From: Planctomycetota bacterium
Lineage (GTDB): Bacteria; Planctomycetota; JACOTG01; JAJDCM01
Assembly (NCBI GenBank): GCA_029260825.1
Contig: JAJDCM010000102.1
Coordinates: forward strand, 3,447 to 67,446
Reading direction: 5' to 3'
Length of the DNA stretch: 64,000 nt
Shown here piece by piece: positions 38,430 to 48,082 of this stretch. The position numbers and the translations under genes are program-made. The notes under the pieces are model-generated. The model did no database searches and was not told the DNA's origin. It saw only the letters and a program-made list of their open reading frames with translations. How positions within the stretch are numbered: position 1 is the stretch's first letter; every line of letters begins with the position of its first letter.

Positions 38430-41021
38430 ATGACCCTGGCAAGCGGCCAAACCCTTTCCCACTACGAAATCATCGGCCCCCTCGGCGCCGGAGGAATGGG
38501 AGAGGTCTACCGTGCCCGTGACACACGGCTGGAGCGCGAGGTGGCCATCAAGGTGCTACCCGAGGAGTTCGCCAGGGACGAGGATCGACTCCGTCGCTTC
38601 GAGCGCGAGGCAAAGACGCTGGCCTCCCTCAACCACCCGAACCTGGCTCATATCTACGGAATCGACCGGGCGCAGGACACATGCTTCATCGCCATGGAGC
38701 TGGTGGGAGGCAAGGATCTGGCCGCTCGGCTCGCGCGCGGACCACTCCCCGTCGCCGAGGCGATCGACGTCTGCCGCCAGATCGCCGAGGGTCTGGAAGC
38801 TGCTCATGAGGCCGGCGTTGTCCACCGTGACCTGAAGCCCGCAAACGTGCAAGTCACACCAGACGGTAGGGTGAAAATCCTCGACTTCGGGCTGGCCAAG
38901 CCGATCGTGCCCAAAGCGACGCCCGAGGGAACATCGAGCGCGACGCCGGACAGCTTCCTCTTGACAGAAGATGGGCTCGTACTCGGCACGCCAACCTACA
39001 TGAGCCCCGAGCAGGCGCGCGGCAAGCCGGTGGACCGTCGCACGGACATCTGGGCGTTCGGGTGTGTGCTGTACGAATGCCTATCCGGGAAGCAGACGTT
39101 CGCGGGAGAGAGTCTCTCCGACGTGATCGCCCTGATCCTGGGCGGCGAGCCGGACTGGAAGACACTGCCCGCGGCGACCCCTCGCCACGTGGCATCCCTG
39201 ATGCAACGCTGCCTGGATCGGGATGCACGTCAGCGACTCCGCGACATCGGTGAGGCGCGGGTGCAGCTAGCACTCCAGGCGAACGCCCCTGGTCTCTCGC
39301 GTGACCACGACGGTGTTGGTCCGCCTCGATCGGGGCGACTGAGAAGCATCGCGCTCACCGCAACCGTTTCCCTGTTCTCCTTGATCGCCGGCCTCTGGAT
39401 CGGGAGCGACGATCCAGCAGGTCCGAGCTCGGAGACCGGCTCCGCCAAGCCCTCGCTCCACGCCATACTCCACGAGTTCGAAGAAGACCAATCCCCGGAG
39501 AGAATCGCAATCTCGCCGACGGGTACCCGCGTCGCGTGGGCCGTCAGGGACGGACTCTACGTGCGCGTGCTCGACGATCCGGAGCCGCGGAAGATCCTCG
39601 AAAAAGGAATCGAGTGGGGAGAGTTCGCCTGGTCTCCCGACGGACTCGAGATCGCCTTCATCGACGATCAAGCGCTCTGGCGCATTCCTGCCGACGGTGG
39701 AGCGCCCAGCCGCTTCGCCGACTTCGAGGGATCCTCCTGGACGACCCTCATGTGGCTGGAAGACGGACGCATCGCGCACGAGGTGGAGGAGGGGATCGTA
39801 GCCGTGTCCGAGGAGGGTGAACGCACCATGGTGGTCGAGATCGACAAATCCGAGATCCTTCACCTCCACGGATTCCTTGTGCTTCCGGACGGGGAGAGCG
39901 CTCTTGCCGTTCCCCATCTGGTCGGGGGCGGTGCGCATACGATCGACTTCTTCCGCAAAGGGAAGAGAAAGGAGATCGTCCCCTCCGCGGCAGGGGAACC
40001 CACCCTGATGAGGGTCACACCGGCCGGGCATCTTTTCTGGAAGGAGGAGGGTCGGGGATTGATCTGGAAAGTATCCGTGTCGCTCGAAGGCATCGAGAGG
40101 CTGGGCGAACCCCAGCTCGTCGCGGAGGACTGTTACTCACCGAGCGTGTCGTGCGACGGTAGGCTAGCTTACCTGGCCCGAGAAGGCAAAATGAGTCAAG
40201 TCCTGGGCTGGATCGACCGGAGCGATGGAGACTTCACGTCTCTGGGTCGGCGCCACGAAACCGACATCTGGGGAGGACACATCTCCTCAGATGAAGGCCA
40301 AATCGTCTATACGACTAACGAGAAAAACGGGTCCGAGACGTGGGTGCATGATGTCGAGCGCCGTGTCAGCACGGTGCGAATCCAGCGCGATGACGGCACG
40401 GCGATTTCGAGGTTCTTCCCCGATGGGCGCATCGGCGTCACTCCCATCACCACGAAAGAGGGAACGTTCGTCTATCCACCCTCGGGCAAGGGTGAACCGG
40501 AGACCTTCGATGGGCCCATCTGGGGCGTGTCCTCCGATGGGGCTGTGTTCATCACCGCAGGATGGACTCAGCCTGGCGAGAGTCCTTACTACGCGTCGGG
40601 ACCAGGGGTAGAGGGAGGCAAGCGTGTGCTCCTGAGCGGAGAGTACAGAGAGATATTCCACCGGCTGTCGGAGGACGGCGCCTGGATGATCTACTCCTCG
40701 CTGCGAACGGGAGTGCGACAGGTGTTCCTGTCCCGTTTTCCTCCGACGGCTCAAGAAGAATGGTCGGTCAGCGCGGAGGGAGCGGAGGCGGCCTGGTTTG
40801 GCGAGGCAAGCGACGAGATCTTCTTTGTGCACGAAGGAGTCCTCAACCGCGTGGCGTTCGACGCCCGACCCGTCGTCCGCCTCGGATCGCCCGAGGCCCT
40901 CTTCCGGCTGCCAGCCAATCTCGAGCTCCTGGATTACGACGGTTCCGACCGTTTCCTGGCCAAGCGGACCTCGTGGCCAGGAAAAAGCAGGCTCTACGTG
41001 GACACAGACTGGGCTGAATAG
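38430..41021 (+). CDS. Membrane Ser/Thr protein kinase with C-terminal TolB-like beta-propeller
   Basis: Has YRARDTRLEREVAIKVL, HRDLKPANVQV, DFGLAKP, and SPEQ. A TM helix IALTATVSLFSLIAGLWIG follows. The C-terminal repeats are WD40/TolB-like. Confidence 0.8.
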   Translation: MTLASGQTLSHYEIIGPLGAGGMGEVYRARDTRLEREVAIKVLPEEFARDEDRLRRFEREAKTLASLNHPNLAHIYGIDRAQDTCFIAMELVGGKDLAARLARGPLPVAEAIDVCRQIAEGLEAAHEAGVVHRDLKPANVQVTPDGRVKILDFGLAKPIVPKATPEGTSSATPDSFLLTEDGLVLGTPTYMSPEQARGKPVDRRTDIWAFGCVLYECLSGKQTFAGESLSDVIALILGGEPDWKTLPAATPRHVASLMQRCLDRDARQRLRDIGEARVQLALQANAPGLSRDHDGVGPPRSGRLRSIALTATVSLFSLIAGLWIGSDDPAGPSSETGSAKPSLHAILHEFEEDQSPERIAISPTGTRVAWAVRDGLYVRVLDDPEPRKILEKGIEWGEFAWSPDGLEIAFIDDQALWRIPADGGAPSRFADFEGSSWTTLMWLEDGRIAHEVEEGIVAVSEEGERTMVVEIDKSEILHLHGFLVLPDGESALAVPHLVGGGAHTIDFFRKGKRKEIVPSAAGEPTLMRVTPAGHLFWKEEGRGLIWKVSVSLEGIERLGEPQLVAEDCYSPSVSCDGRLAYLAREGKMSQVLGWIDRSDGDFTSLGRRHETDIWGGHISSDEGQIVYTTNEKNGSETWVHDVERRVSTVRIQRDDGTAISRFFPDGRIGVTPITTKEGTFVYPPSGKGEPETFDGPIWGVSSDGAVFITAGWTQPGESPYYASGPGVEGGKRVLLSGEYREIFHRLSEDGAWMIYSSLRTGVRQVFLSRFPPTAQEEWSVSAEGAEAAWFGEASDEIFFVHEGVLNRVAFDARPVVRLGSPEALFRLPANLELLDYDGSDRFLAKRTSWPGKSRLYVDTDWAE

Positions 41022-41070
41022 GAAACAACGACGCATCCAGGGCAAGCCTTTTACTGGTATAGTGAAGCCC

Positions 41071-41076
41071 AGGAGG
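41071..41076 (+). promoter_or_regulatory. Shine-Dalgarno AGGAGG for the TPR-CHAT gene
   Basis: AGGAGG lies 7 nt upstream of the ATG at 41084. Confidence 0.5.
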
Positions 41077-41083
41077 CCAGTAA

Positions 41084-41830
41084 ATGTCTTACTTGTTTTT
41101 CTCGCTGTGGGTTCTCGCCCTGTTCGAACCCACCCTTTCCCAGCCCCAACTCGACCCCGGGAAATCGGTCAATGGAGAGATCTCGAGTCAGGATCCGATC
41201 ATCCAGACTCCCCTACTCCAGAAGACGTTTGCCTCGAAGATCGCCGCCCGCGGTGACCGCTTTCAGCTCACACCTCAAGTGTCCGGACCCTACTTCGTTC
41301 GGCTTCGATCGGCGGCCATCAAACCCTACTTGATCGTTCGAGACCTTGGGGCCCAAACATGCGGAAACTGGAAAAAGTCTGCTACAACTCGGCTGGGTTC
41401 ACAAAATGCAAGGCCAGCCAAAAAAGGGCCGGGTCTACCTCGAACGAGCCGTGACCATCATGGAAGAAGCATACGGCCCCGAGCACCTCGAAACGGCTCG
41501 CGCTTTGCATTTCCTGGGGAGTATTATAAGGGATGTCCCCGACCTCGCCGCTTCCCGTTCCGCCTTTGAGCGAGCACTCAAGATCCGAACCAATGTCCTC
41601 GGAGAAAAACACCCGAAAACCACGGACAGCCTGAAGGGCCTGGCGATCACCGAAAGGCGCGACGGAAAGGCAGAGCGAGCTGTTGAACTGAGCCGACGCC
41701 TCCTCCAGATCCTTGAAGAAATCTACGGACCGGGTCACCCGAAGACAGCCGGGAGTCTAACCGGCCTGGGGAATTCGCTTCTTGCGCTGGGGTGTTACGC
41801 CATCCTTCAGGGCAGTGCTCCTCAAGAAAC
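41084..41830 (+). pseudogene. 5' part of a TPR-CHAT gene split across three reading frames (two apparent frameshifts near 41350-41370 and 41795-41830)
   Basis: The track ORFs 41084-41569, 41346-42041 and 41782-44034 lie in frames 2, 0 and 1. The product reads through as a signal peptide, then TPR, then TPR, then CHAT. AGGAGG sits 7 nt before the ATG at 41084. Confidence 0.45.
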
Positions 41831-44034
41831 TGGCGATTATCCTGGATCGACTAGGAAAACCCGAGCAGGCCAACTCTCTCTACGAACAAGTCATCCGAAT
41901 TCGCGAAGAGCACTATCGCCCCAATCACCCCAGCCTGGCCTGGGATTTGATGAATCATGCGAACTCGCTCCTGGCCCGGAATCAACACCTGGAGAAAGCG
42001 GAGGAATACTATCGGCGAGCCGCGCGAATTCAGGAGCATGAATTCGGACCGGATCACCCGACGACGGCCTTTCCCGTCCACAACCTGGGGAGGCTCTTTT
42101 TGGCGCAAGGCCGCATCAAAGAGTCACGTCTCCTTCTGGAAAAAGCTGATCGAATCTGGCAGGACGCCCTGGACCCGGATCACACGGTGGCCATCTCCTC
42201 CCGAAACAACCTCGCGGTCTTGCTAGCAACCGCAGGCGAAATCGAGCTGGCCCAGGATCTCGTTTCGAGGTCCGTCGAATTGATCGATCGACAACTCGAT
42301 CAACTCTTCGGCACCATGACAGAGCCAGAGCGTCTTGATCTCGCCAAAAAGAAAATTACGTCGATTCTCCTGCACCTCAGCTTCGCCCACGGAATCGATC
42401 GCGTTGAAGCGAAGATCGAAGCCTACGAAGCGATCCTCGACTGGAAAGGCAGGGTCTTCCGTTCGCTCACGGCAAGCAGACAAACCCTGGGAGACAAAGC
42501 GTCCCCCGCGGCACGAAGAATCTTGCAAGACCTCGCCCGGCTCCGTTCCCGTCTCTCGCGGGAGCTTTACTCGCAAGAAATCGACGACATCAAGACACAG
42601 CAAGTCCGATTGAAGAAGCTTCGTGAGGAGAGAGTCCAGCTCGAACGAGACCTTCGAAAAGAACAGCCACATGACCCCGCCCCGAGAATCACATCCGCCG
42701 CGATACGAAAGGCCCTGCCCGAGCGTTCGGCGTTGATCGACTTCTTCGTCCATTCCCGGTTCGAACCGATGTTGGTGGGCGAAGACGGAACGATCGAAAA
42801 GGAAGGTGGTTGGCGGGAAGATTCCCTGAGTGCCTGGATCCTTCCCAGCGACGGCAGTGAACTCGTCTGGCTCGATTTCGGGCCGAGCGCCATTATCGAA
42901 GAGGCAGTAAAGACCTTCCTTTCCAGACTTGTCAAGTCGCGGGGCCTCGTCCCGATCGACAAGGGTGAAGAAAAACACCCACTGCGACGCCTATTGTGGG
43001 ATCCCCTGAAAGAACACCTCGATGGAGTCGAGACCCTCTTTATTTCCCCCGATCAGTTCCTGGGGACCCTTCCCTTCGAAGTCCTGCAGGAGGATGATGG
43101 GAGTTATCTCCTCGAGCACCAGGCATTCGTCTACCTCCAGAACGCATCGGCACTCGCCGAAATGAGTGCGTCCCCGTCCCGAAGAGGCGATGGACTCCTT
43201 TGCGTGGGACATGTCGACTACCGATCCGTGGGAGATCTTTCCTGGAAGAAAAACGACGGAGATGGACTCCGGGGTGGAACTCCGATTCGAGGAGACTTGA
43301 AGCGACGCTTCCTCAATCGCTGGTACAGACTCGACCACACTCTGGAGGAGAGTGCTTCGATCGCCGACCTCCACGACGAGGTGTTCGGAGAAAAGGAATC
43401 TCAGCTCTGGCTCCGTGGGCGCCAGGCAACCGAAGAGCGGGTGAAAACAGAACTCTCGCGTCATCGCGTGGCGCACATCGCGACCCATGGTTTCTTTCAA
43501 CCCGATGGCTTGCCCTCGATGTGGTCTCAGGTCCAGGATCGAAACGCACCGGAAGGTTTCCGCATGGAGATGAGAGCCGAGGAACGTCGACTCACGCGCA
43601 TGTTGCCCGGGCTCCTCTCAGGCCTCGTGCTCGCCGGAGCCAACAAGACCCCGCAGGAAGGTCGGGACGACGGCTTCTTGACCGCGGAGGAACTCTCATT
43701 CCTCGATCTGAGCGGCCTCGACCTGGTAGTCCTCTCCGCCTGCGAAACCGGTCTTGGCCGGGCAAAAGGGGGAGAAGGAATGCTGGGTCTTCGTCGCACA
43801 CTGCGTCAAGCCGGCGTGCGCACGGTGATCAGCTCGCTGTGGTCGGTCGGAGACGAATCTACCAGCGAGCTGATGCAGGACTTCTACCGCCGCCTCTGGA
43901 TGGAAAAGAAACCGATGCTCGACGCCCTTCGCGAGGCTCGACTTGCCATGCTGAAGAAAAACCGCATTGAAAATAACGGAAGAGGACTTCCTTCAACCTG
44001 GGGAGCCTTCGTCCTCGACGGGAAGTGGTATTGA
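41782..44034 (+). CDS. TPR repeat + CHAT (caspase-like) domain protein, intact 3' portion
   Basis: Has multiple TPRs. The C-terminus carries HIATHGFFQP...LVVLSACETGLG, a CHAT His/Cys dyad context. Confidence 0.7.
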   Translation: MRWGVTPSFRAVLLKKLAIILDRLGKPEQANSLYEQVIRIREEHYRPNHPSLAWDLMNHANSLLARNQHLEKAEEYYRRAARIQEHEFGPDHPTTAFPVHNLGRLFLAQGRIKESRLLLEKADRIWQDALDPDHTVAISSRNNLAVLLATAGEIELAQDLVSRSVELIDRQLDQLFGTMTEPERLDLAKKKITSILLHLSFAHGIDRVEAKIEAYEAILDWKGRVFRSLTASRQTLGDKASPAARRILQDLARLRSRLSRELYSQEIDDIKTQQVRLKKLREERVQLERDLRKEQPHDPAPRITSAAIRKALPERSALIDFFVHSRFEPMLVGEDGTIEKEGGWREDSLSAWILPSDGSELVWLDFGPSAIIEEAVKTFLSRLVKSRGLVPIDKGEEKHPLRRLLWDPLKEHLDGVETLFISPDQFLGTLPFEVLQEDDGSYLLEHQAFVYLQNASALAEMSASPSRRGDGLLCVGHVDYRSVGDLSWKKNDGDGLRGGTPIRGDLKRRFLNRWYRLDHTLEESASIADLHDEVFGEKESQLWLRGRQATEERVKTELSRHRVAHIATHGFFQPDGLPSMWSQVQDRNAPEGFRMEMRAEERRLTRMLPGLLSGLVLAGANKTPQEGRDDGFLTAEELSFLDLSGLDLVVLSACETGLGRAKGGEGMLGLRRTLRQAGVRTVISSLWSVGDESTSELMQDFYRRLWMEKKPMLDALREARLAMLKKNRIENNGRGLPSTWGAFVLDGKWY

Positions 44035-44038
44035 GGAC

Positions 44039-44059
44039 GAGGCATCATGCTGATGCCTC
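44039..44059. terminator. Perfect 9-bp stem / 3-nt loop hairpin between convergent stops
   Basis: The sequence is GAGGCATCA-TGC-TGATGCCTC. The flanking stops are at 44032-44034 (+) and 44061-44063 (-). No T-tract is present. Confidence 0.45.
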
Positions 44060-44060
44060 T

Positions 44061-47000
44061 CTAAAAGAACTGTAAGATCACCGCATTCGTCACACTGAAC
44101 GGAATCGGGGCTTCGGAACCATTGTCTTCGATCATCCCTTGCAACGTGAACTTGAAGTTCGGATTGTTGACTCCATCCCCGTCTGTCAGAACAAACGGCG
44201 CTCGATCGGGCACCGTCAGCTCCTGAACGGTTTGACAGATCGCCTGCGAAATCCCCGTTCCACGGAGGCAGCGAAACGGCTGGGGAAGACCACCCTGAAT
44301 CGGACCCGGATTCACCAGCACGCCAAAGTAGGTTCCTCCGACGTTGAAGCTCGCGGGACTGACGGAGTCACCGAGCCAGACGTAGATGAAGTATCTTGCA
44401 TTATTCGCCGGTCCGGAAAGAGAGGCCTGAAGCTCGATCCCGATCGACTGCCCCGTGGGCAAAAGAATTCGGCCGTCGAATGCCCCTGCCGATCCATTCA
44501 CAAGGAGAACGTCCTGGGCAACACCGGAAGCGCCGTTCACATTCCCTGCCCGGCAGTCGTTGAGTTCATAGGCCCCGATATCAATCCGAACAATGGGGTC
44601 ACAGTTCCCGTTCTGCATCCTGGGTCGCCCTCTTTGATCCGTGGCAGGAAGAGGTGGCAAAGATCCCCCCTGAGGAATCCGCCCCGCGTCGACCCCGACC
44701 GATTCGACCAAAAGGGCGTAACAGGGAGTTGAGCCTCCGTAGAATTCAAGAGGCCCAAGCCCCGGATCAACTTCCACGGCGCTCGTTCCAACGAAGTCAA
44801 AATTAGCATTGGGCTGTCCCGGCGGAAACGGAGTGCTCACCCCATCGTTCCGGCCGATCAGGTTGCCCCCCTGAGTGACGATCGTCCCACCGGAAACTTG
44901 AACATCAACCGTCAAGTTGTCCGCGACGATGGTGTTCGCCATCGTCAAGTTCGAGAAAACTTTCAGCCCCATGTTCTCGTTATCCGTAAGAGTGCAATTG
45001 AGAATCTGGGAAGGACTCCCCACCGTGACCGCTCCCCCGTTACTACCAAGAGCCGGACGATTACCACTTACCGTGCAATTGATCATGCGACCCGGGGTGG
45101 TAGCGACAAGCGAAACTCCGCTTCCAAAAAACGCGCTATTGCTCAGAATCGCCGAGCCCATCAACGTGATATTTCCGCCTTGAGCCGAGACTCCGCCCCC
45201 TTGCTGGATGGTATCGATGGCGTCGTTATCCCGGATGACGCAGGACTCGATGGTTAGATCCCCTCGGCTCAAGATTCCCGCTCCGCCGCCCGAAGAGGAT
45301 TCACCGTTTGAAACCGTAAGACCTGAGATTTCAGCCTGAACCCCGATCGGCAAGCTGAAGATCCGGAAGCCAACGGCTCCCTCATCTCGATGGATATCCG
45401 TCTGATCAGCGCCGAGTCCGGCAATGGACACATCTCGTTCAATGTCTGGAAGAGCGCTTTGAAGGGTGATCGTCCCGGGTACTTCGATCTCGATGAATCC
45501 TGCTCCGGCCTCGTTATTGTCGAGCATCGCTTCCCTCAGCGACCCGGCGCCACTGTCCGCAAGAGTCATAACCGTGTACCTTTGAACTTCAAAGGCTCCG
45601 ATGTCCACCTGTGAACTTCCATCTCCATTTCCATCGGTGGCGCCAGACAGCCCGCGTTGATCGGTTTGGCTCATCCGCCCGACGAGTCCATGATCAATGG
45701 CGACCGAGTCGGCCGCAAGAGCATGAATCGGAGTCGGTCCTCCGTAATCTCCAAGGGGCTTCAACCCAGGATCCACCGGCATCGCCGAGGTACCCACATA
45801 GTCAGAGTTCCCGTTCGGAAACCCCACCGGAAACTCTGGCTCGACACCGAAGTGATCTCCAATGAGGTTTCCTCCCGAGCTCACCGTAACGCTGGGAGAA
45901 ACAGCAAGAAAGTCGGGAGAGTCTTGACCGGCAGTATTGCCCGCAACGATCGTATTTCCCAGGGTGAGCGTGTTCAACCAGTGCCGAATCCCTCCCCCGC
46001 TGACGGTGGCGTCATTGTTGGTGACTGAACAATTGAGAACTTCGGTAGGGCCACACATCGAGGTGATTCCGCCTCCCGATGAGGCCGAGTTGCCGCTCAC
46101 CGTGGAGTTGAGGATGAGGCTATTGTCGGCAATCGCTTCCGTAAAGATCCCCCCACCAGCATCCGCATCATTGTCCAGAATTGTCGAATTCTTCACGAGC
46201 AAAACGCCCGAGGAGTAGATCCCTCCTCCCTTCGCACTGAGAGCCTGGTTGTCACGGACAATACAAGAATCAACGATCAACTCTCCTTGATTCAGGATGC
46301 CTCCGCCAGAGCCTTGATTCGCCGGACATCCATTGGAGATCGTCAAACCCATCAGCGAGAGTCGGACGCCAAACAGCTGGGTAAGGATTCTGAAAGGAGT
46401 CGCTGAATTTCGACGGATCTCGGATCGATCCGCGGAAAGCCCCTTGATCGTCACGTCTTTGTCCAGGAAGGGAAGCTCGGCGAGGAGGTTCATCGTCCCG
46501 GGTAGTTCGATGTCGATGAACCCCGCACCTGCGGCGTTATTATCAAGGATTGCTTGCCGTAGCGATCCCGCTCCATTGTCCACAAGAGTCGTTACCGGGT
46601 ACCGCTGGAGTTCGAAAGCACCAATGTCAGATGTTGCAAAACCGTCCCCGTCACCATCAACAACCCGGGGTTGACCCCGTTCGTCGACTGACAGCGTGCT
46701 ACTCCCGGCATCGATAGCGGGAGAGTCATCAAGAAGCGCGTGAGTTGGGGTTGGTCCACCGTTGTTGTTAAGACTCCCCAGCCGTGGATCCAGCAAGCTT
46801 GAGGGGATACCCACATAGTCATTGTTTCCATTGGGCAGACCGGCAGGGAATAGGGTCTCTACCCCTTGATTATTCTCGACAAGATTGTGGCCACTACTTC
46901 CCAGAACCGCACCTCCACCCACAACGAATTGAGAGCCTTCGTTCCGGGCGACGATCGTATTCTTGACGTCCACATCTACGGTACCGCTGGAAACAAACGC

Positions 47001-47747
47001 GCGAATACCTCCGTCACCGCCATGGTTATCAGTGATTGTGCAGTCCTCAATATCAAACATGACATCGAGGCCAGAAAAGGCAGTAACGGCCACTCCGGCG
47101 CCAAAGGGAGCAGAGTTTCCACTCACCGTCGTGTTGATGATCCGTCCTCTTCCCACGGCGGGGCTCTTGCCCGAGACATAATGAAAACCACCGCCCAAAG
47201 ACCCGGCCGTGTTGTTGATCATTGCGCTGTCTTCGATCGAGGCAAAAGCAATCGACAGCCCCATATCGATTGCACCCCCATTGACGGTGGCCGTGTTTTC
47301 CGAAAAAACGCAGCGTACGACAACGAGGGAAGACCCGCTGAAGATTCCTCCCCCGAAGTCAGCAACACCGTTCGAGATGGTGAGATCCATGACCGAAGAC
47401 CCGATCGTCCCGAACCCCAGATCAAAGATCCGGAAATTCGAGGCAGCATCATCGCGCCGAATCGTGAGCAAGTCGGCTCCCGGGCCCCACAATGCGATCC
47501 CCTTGGTGATGGACGGAAGCGGGGTCAGCAAACTGATCGTTCCGTTTGGCGTGAGGTTGACAAGATTGTCCGAGTCAACGTTGGCTTCGGCGTCAATGAT
47601 GGCCTGACGCAGAGAACCCGCTCCCGAGTCGTTCAGGTTCGACACGGTCAGAGTCGCCGCATGGGATGACGATGCAAGTAGGATCATGGCCAGAAAGGCT
47701 GGCATCAATAGAAGCGCGGAACTCCAGGTGGGTCGGTTCTGCGTCAT
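44061..47747 (-). CDS. Secreted right-handed beta-helix protein with PMP-type (GG[AG][ILV]) repeats, internally triplicated
   Basis: The signal peptide is MTQNRPTWSSALLLMPAFLAMILLASSSHA. An AAGGAG lies 7 nt upstream of the ATG at 47747. There are three roughly 350-aa modules, each opening with a [TM]L[VA]D[NS]GAGSLR[QE]A[IM]LDNN-type heading and closing with DIGAFE[LV]QRY. Many GGGI/GGAI motifs are present. Confidence 0.7.
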   Translation of the reverse strand: MTQNRPTWSSALLLMPAFLAMILLASSSHAATLTVSNLNDSGAGSLRQAIIDAEANVDSDNLVNLTPNGTISLLTPLPSITKGIALWGPGADLLTIRRDDAASNFRIFDLGFGTIGSSVMDLTISNGVADFGGGIFSGSSLVVVRCVFSENTATVNGGAIDMGLSIAFASIEDSAMINNTAGSLGGGFHYVSGKSPAVGRGRIINTTVSGNSAPFGAGVAVTAFSGLDVMFDIEDCTITDNHGGDGGIRAFVSSGTVDVDVKNTIVARNEGSQFVVGGGAVLGSSGHNLVENNQGVETLFPAGLPNGNNDYVGIPSSLLDPRLGSLNNNGGPTPTHALLDDSPAIDAGSSTLSVDERGQPRVVDGDGDGFATSDIGAFELQRYPVTTLVDNGAGSLRQAILDNNAAGAGFIDIELPGTMNLLAELPFLDKDVTIKGLSADRSEIRRNSATPFRILTQLFGVRLSLMGLTISNGCPANQGSGGGILNQGELIVDSCIVRDNQALSAKGGGIYSSGVLLVKNSTILDNDADAGGGIFTEAIADNSLILNSTVSGNSASSGGGITSMCGPTEVLNCSVTNNDATVSGGGIRHWLNTLTLGNTIVAGNTAGQDSPDFLAVSPSVTVSSGGNLIGDHFGVEPEFPVGFPNGNSDYVGTSAMPVDPGLKPLGDYGGPTPIHALAADSVAIDHGLVGRMSQTDQRGLSGATDGNGDGSSQVDIGAFEVQRYTVMTLADSGAGSLREAMLDNNEAGAGFIEIEVPGTITLQSALPDIERDVSIAGLGADQTDIHRDEGAVGFRIFSLPIGVQAEISGLTVSNGESSSGGGAGILSRGDLTIESCVIRDNDAIDTIQQGGGVSAQGGNITLMGSAILSNSAFFGSGVSLVATTPGRMINCTVSGNRPALGSNGGAVTVGSPSQILNCTLTDNENMGLKVFSNLTMANTIVADNLTVDVQVSGGTIVTQGGNLIGRNDGVSTPFPPGQPNANFDFVGTSAVEVDPGLGPLEFYGGSTPCYALLVESVGVDAGRIPQGGSLPPLPATDQRGRPRMQNGNCDPIVRIDIGAYELNDCRAGNVNGASGVAQDVLLVNGSAGAFDGRILLPTGQSIGIELQASLSGPANNARYFIYVWLGDSVSPASFNVGGTYFGVLVNPGPIQGGLPQPFRCLRGTGISQAICQTVQELTVPDRAPFVLTDGDGVNNPNFKFTLQGMIEDNGSEAPIPFSVTNAVILQFF
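44561..47666 (-). repeat. Three tandem intragenic modules (about 1.0-1.1 kb each) inside the beta-helix gene
   Basis: Recurring protein blocks are LTVSNLNDSGAGSLRQAI, VTTLVDNGAGSLRQAILDNNAAGAGFIDIELPG, and VMTLADSGAGSLREAMLDNNEAGAGFIEIEVPG. Each module ends in DIGAFELQRY, DIGAFEVQRY, or RIDIGAYEL. Boundaries are approximate. Confidence 0.55.
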
Positions 47748-47754
47748 GGCAATA

Positions 47755-47760
47755 CTCCTT
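47755..47760 (-). promoter_or_regulatory. Shine-Dalgarno AAGGAG for the beta-helix gene
   Basis: The reverse complement of ctcctt lies 7 nt upstream of the ATG at 47747. Confidence 0.5.
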
Positions 47761-48082
47761 TGAATTCCGAGCTTAGTTGATTCCTGAGGGTCCCCGGTCA
47801 ACATCATGACGAGAATTCCGGCCAAGGAGGTCGGAAAACATGAAAAAAGTGCGAAGAGTCCCGCATTTTGCATCTGGAGAGGAGTCTGGATGAAACAGCA
47901 CGGTGATTTCCGAGTACCGGAGGGCGTTCATTTCCGGATTTATTGAGAAAAGACCTGGGAGCCCCGGCCTTGCCTTCGGGCTCAATTCGGGCCATCCTCT
48001 ACAAGCCAGGTCTGGTCTTTCCTATCGGAGTCGAACGCATGTCTCGGCCCTGGGAGGTTAAGCGACCAGGCGGTTCCAAAAC

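Noticed and set aside
41084-44034. TPR-CHAT as a CRISPR type III-E (Csx29/Craspase-like) or other defence component.
   Set aside because: No CRISPR repeats, cas genes or gRAMP are nearby. The protein has an N-terminal signal peptide, and TPR-CHAT is a widespread architecture.
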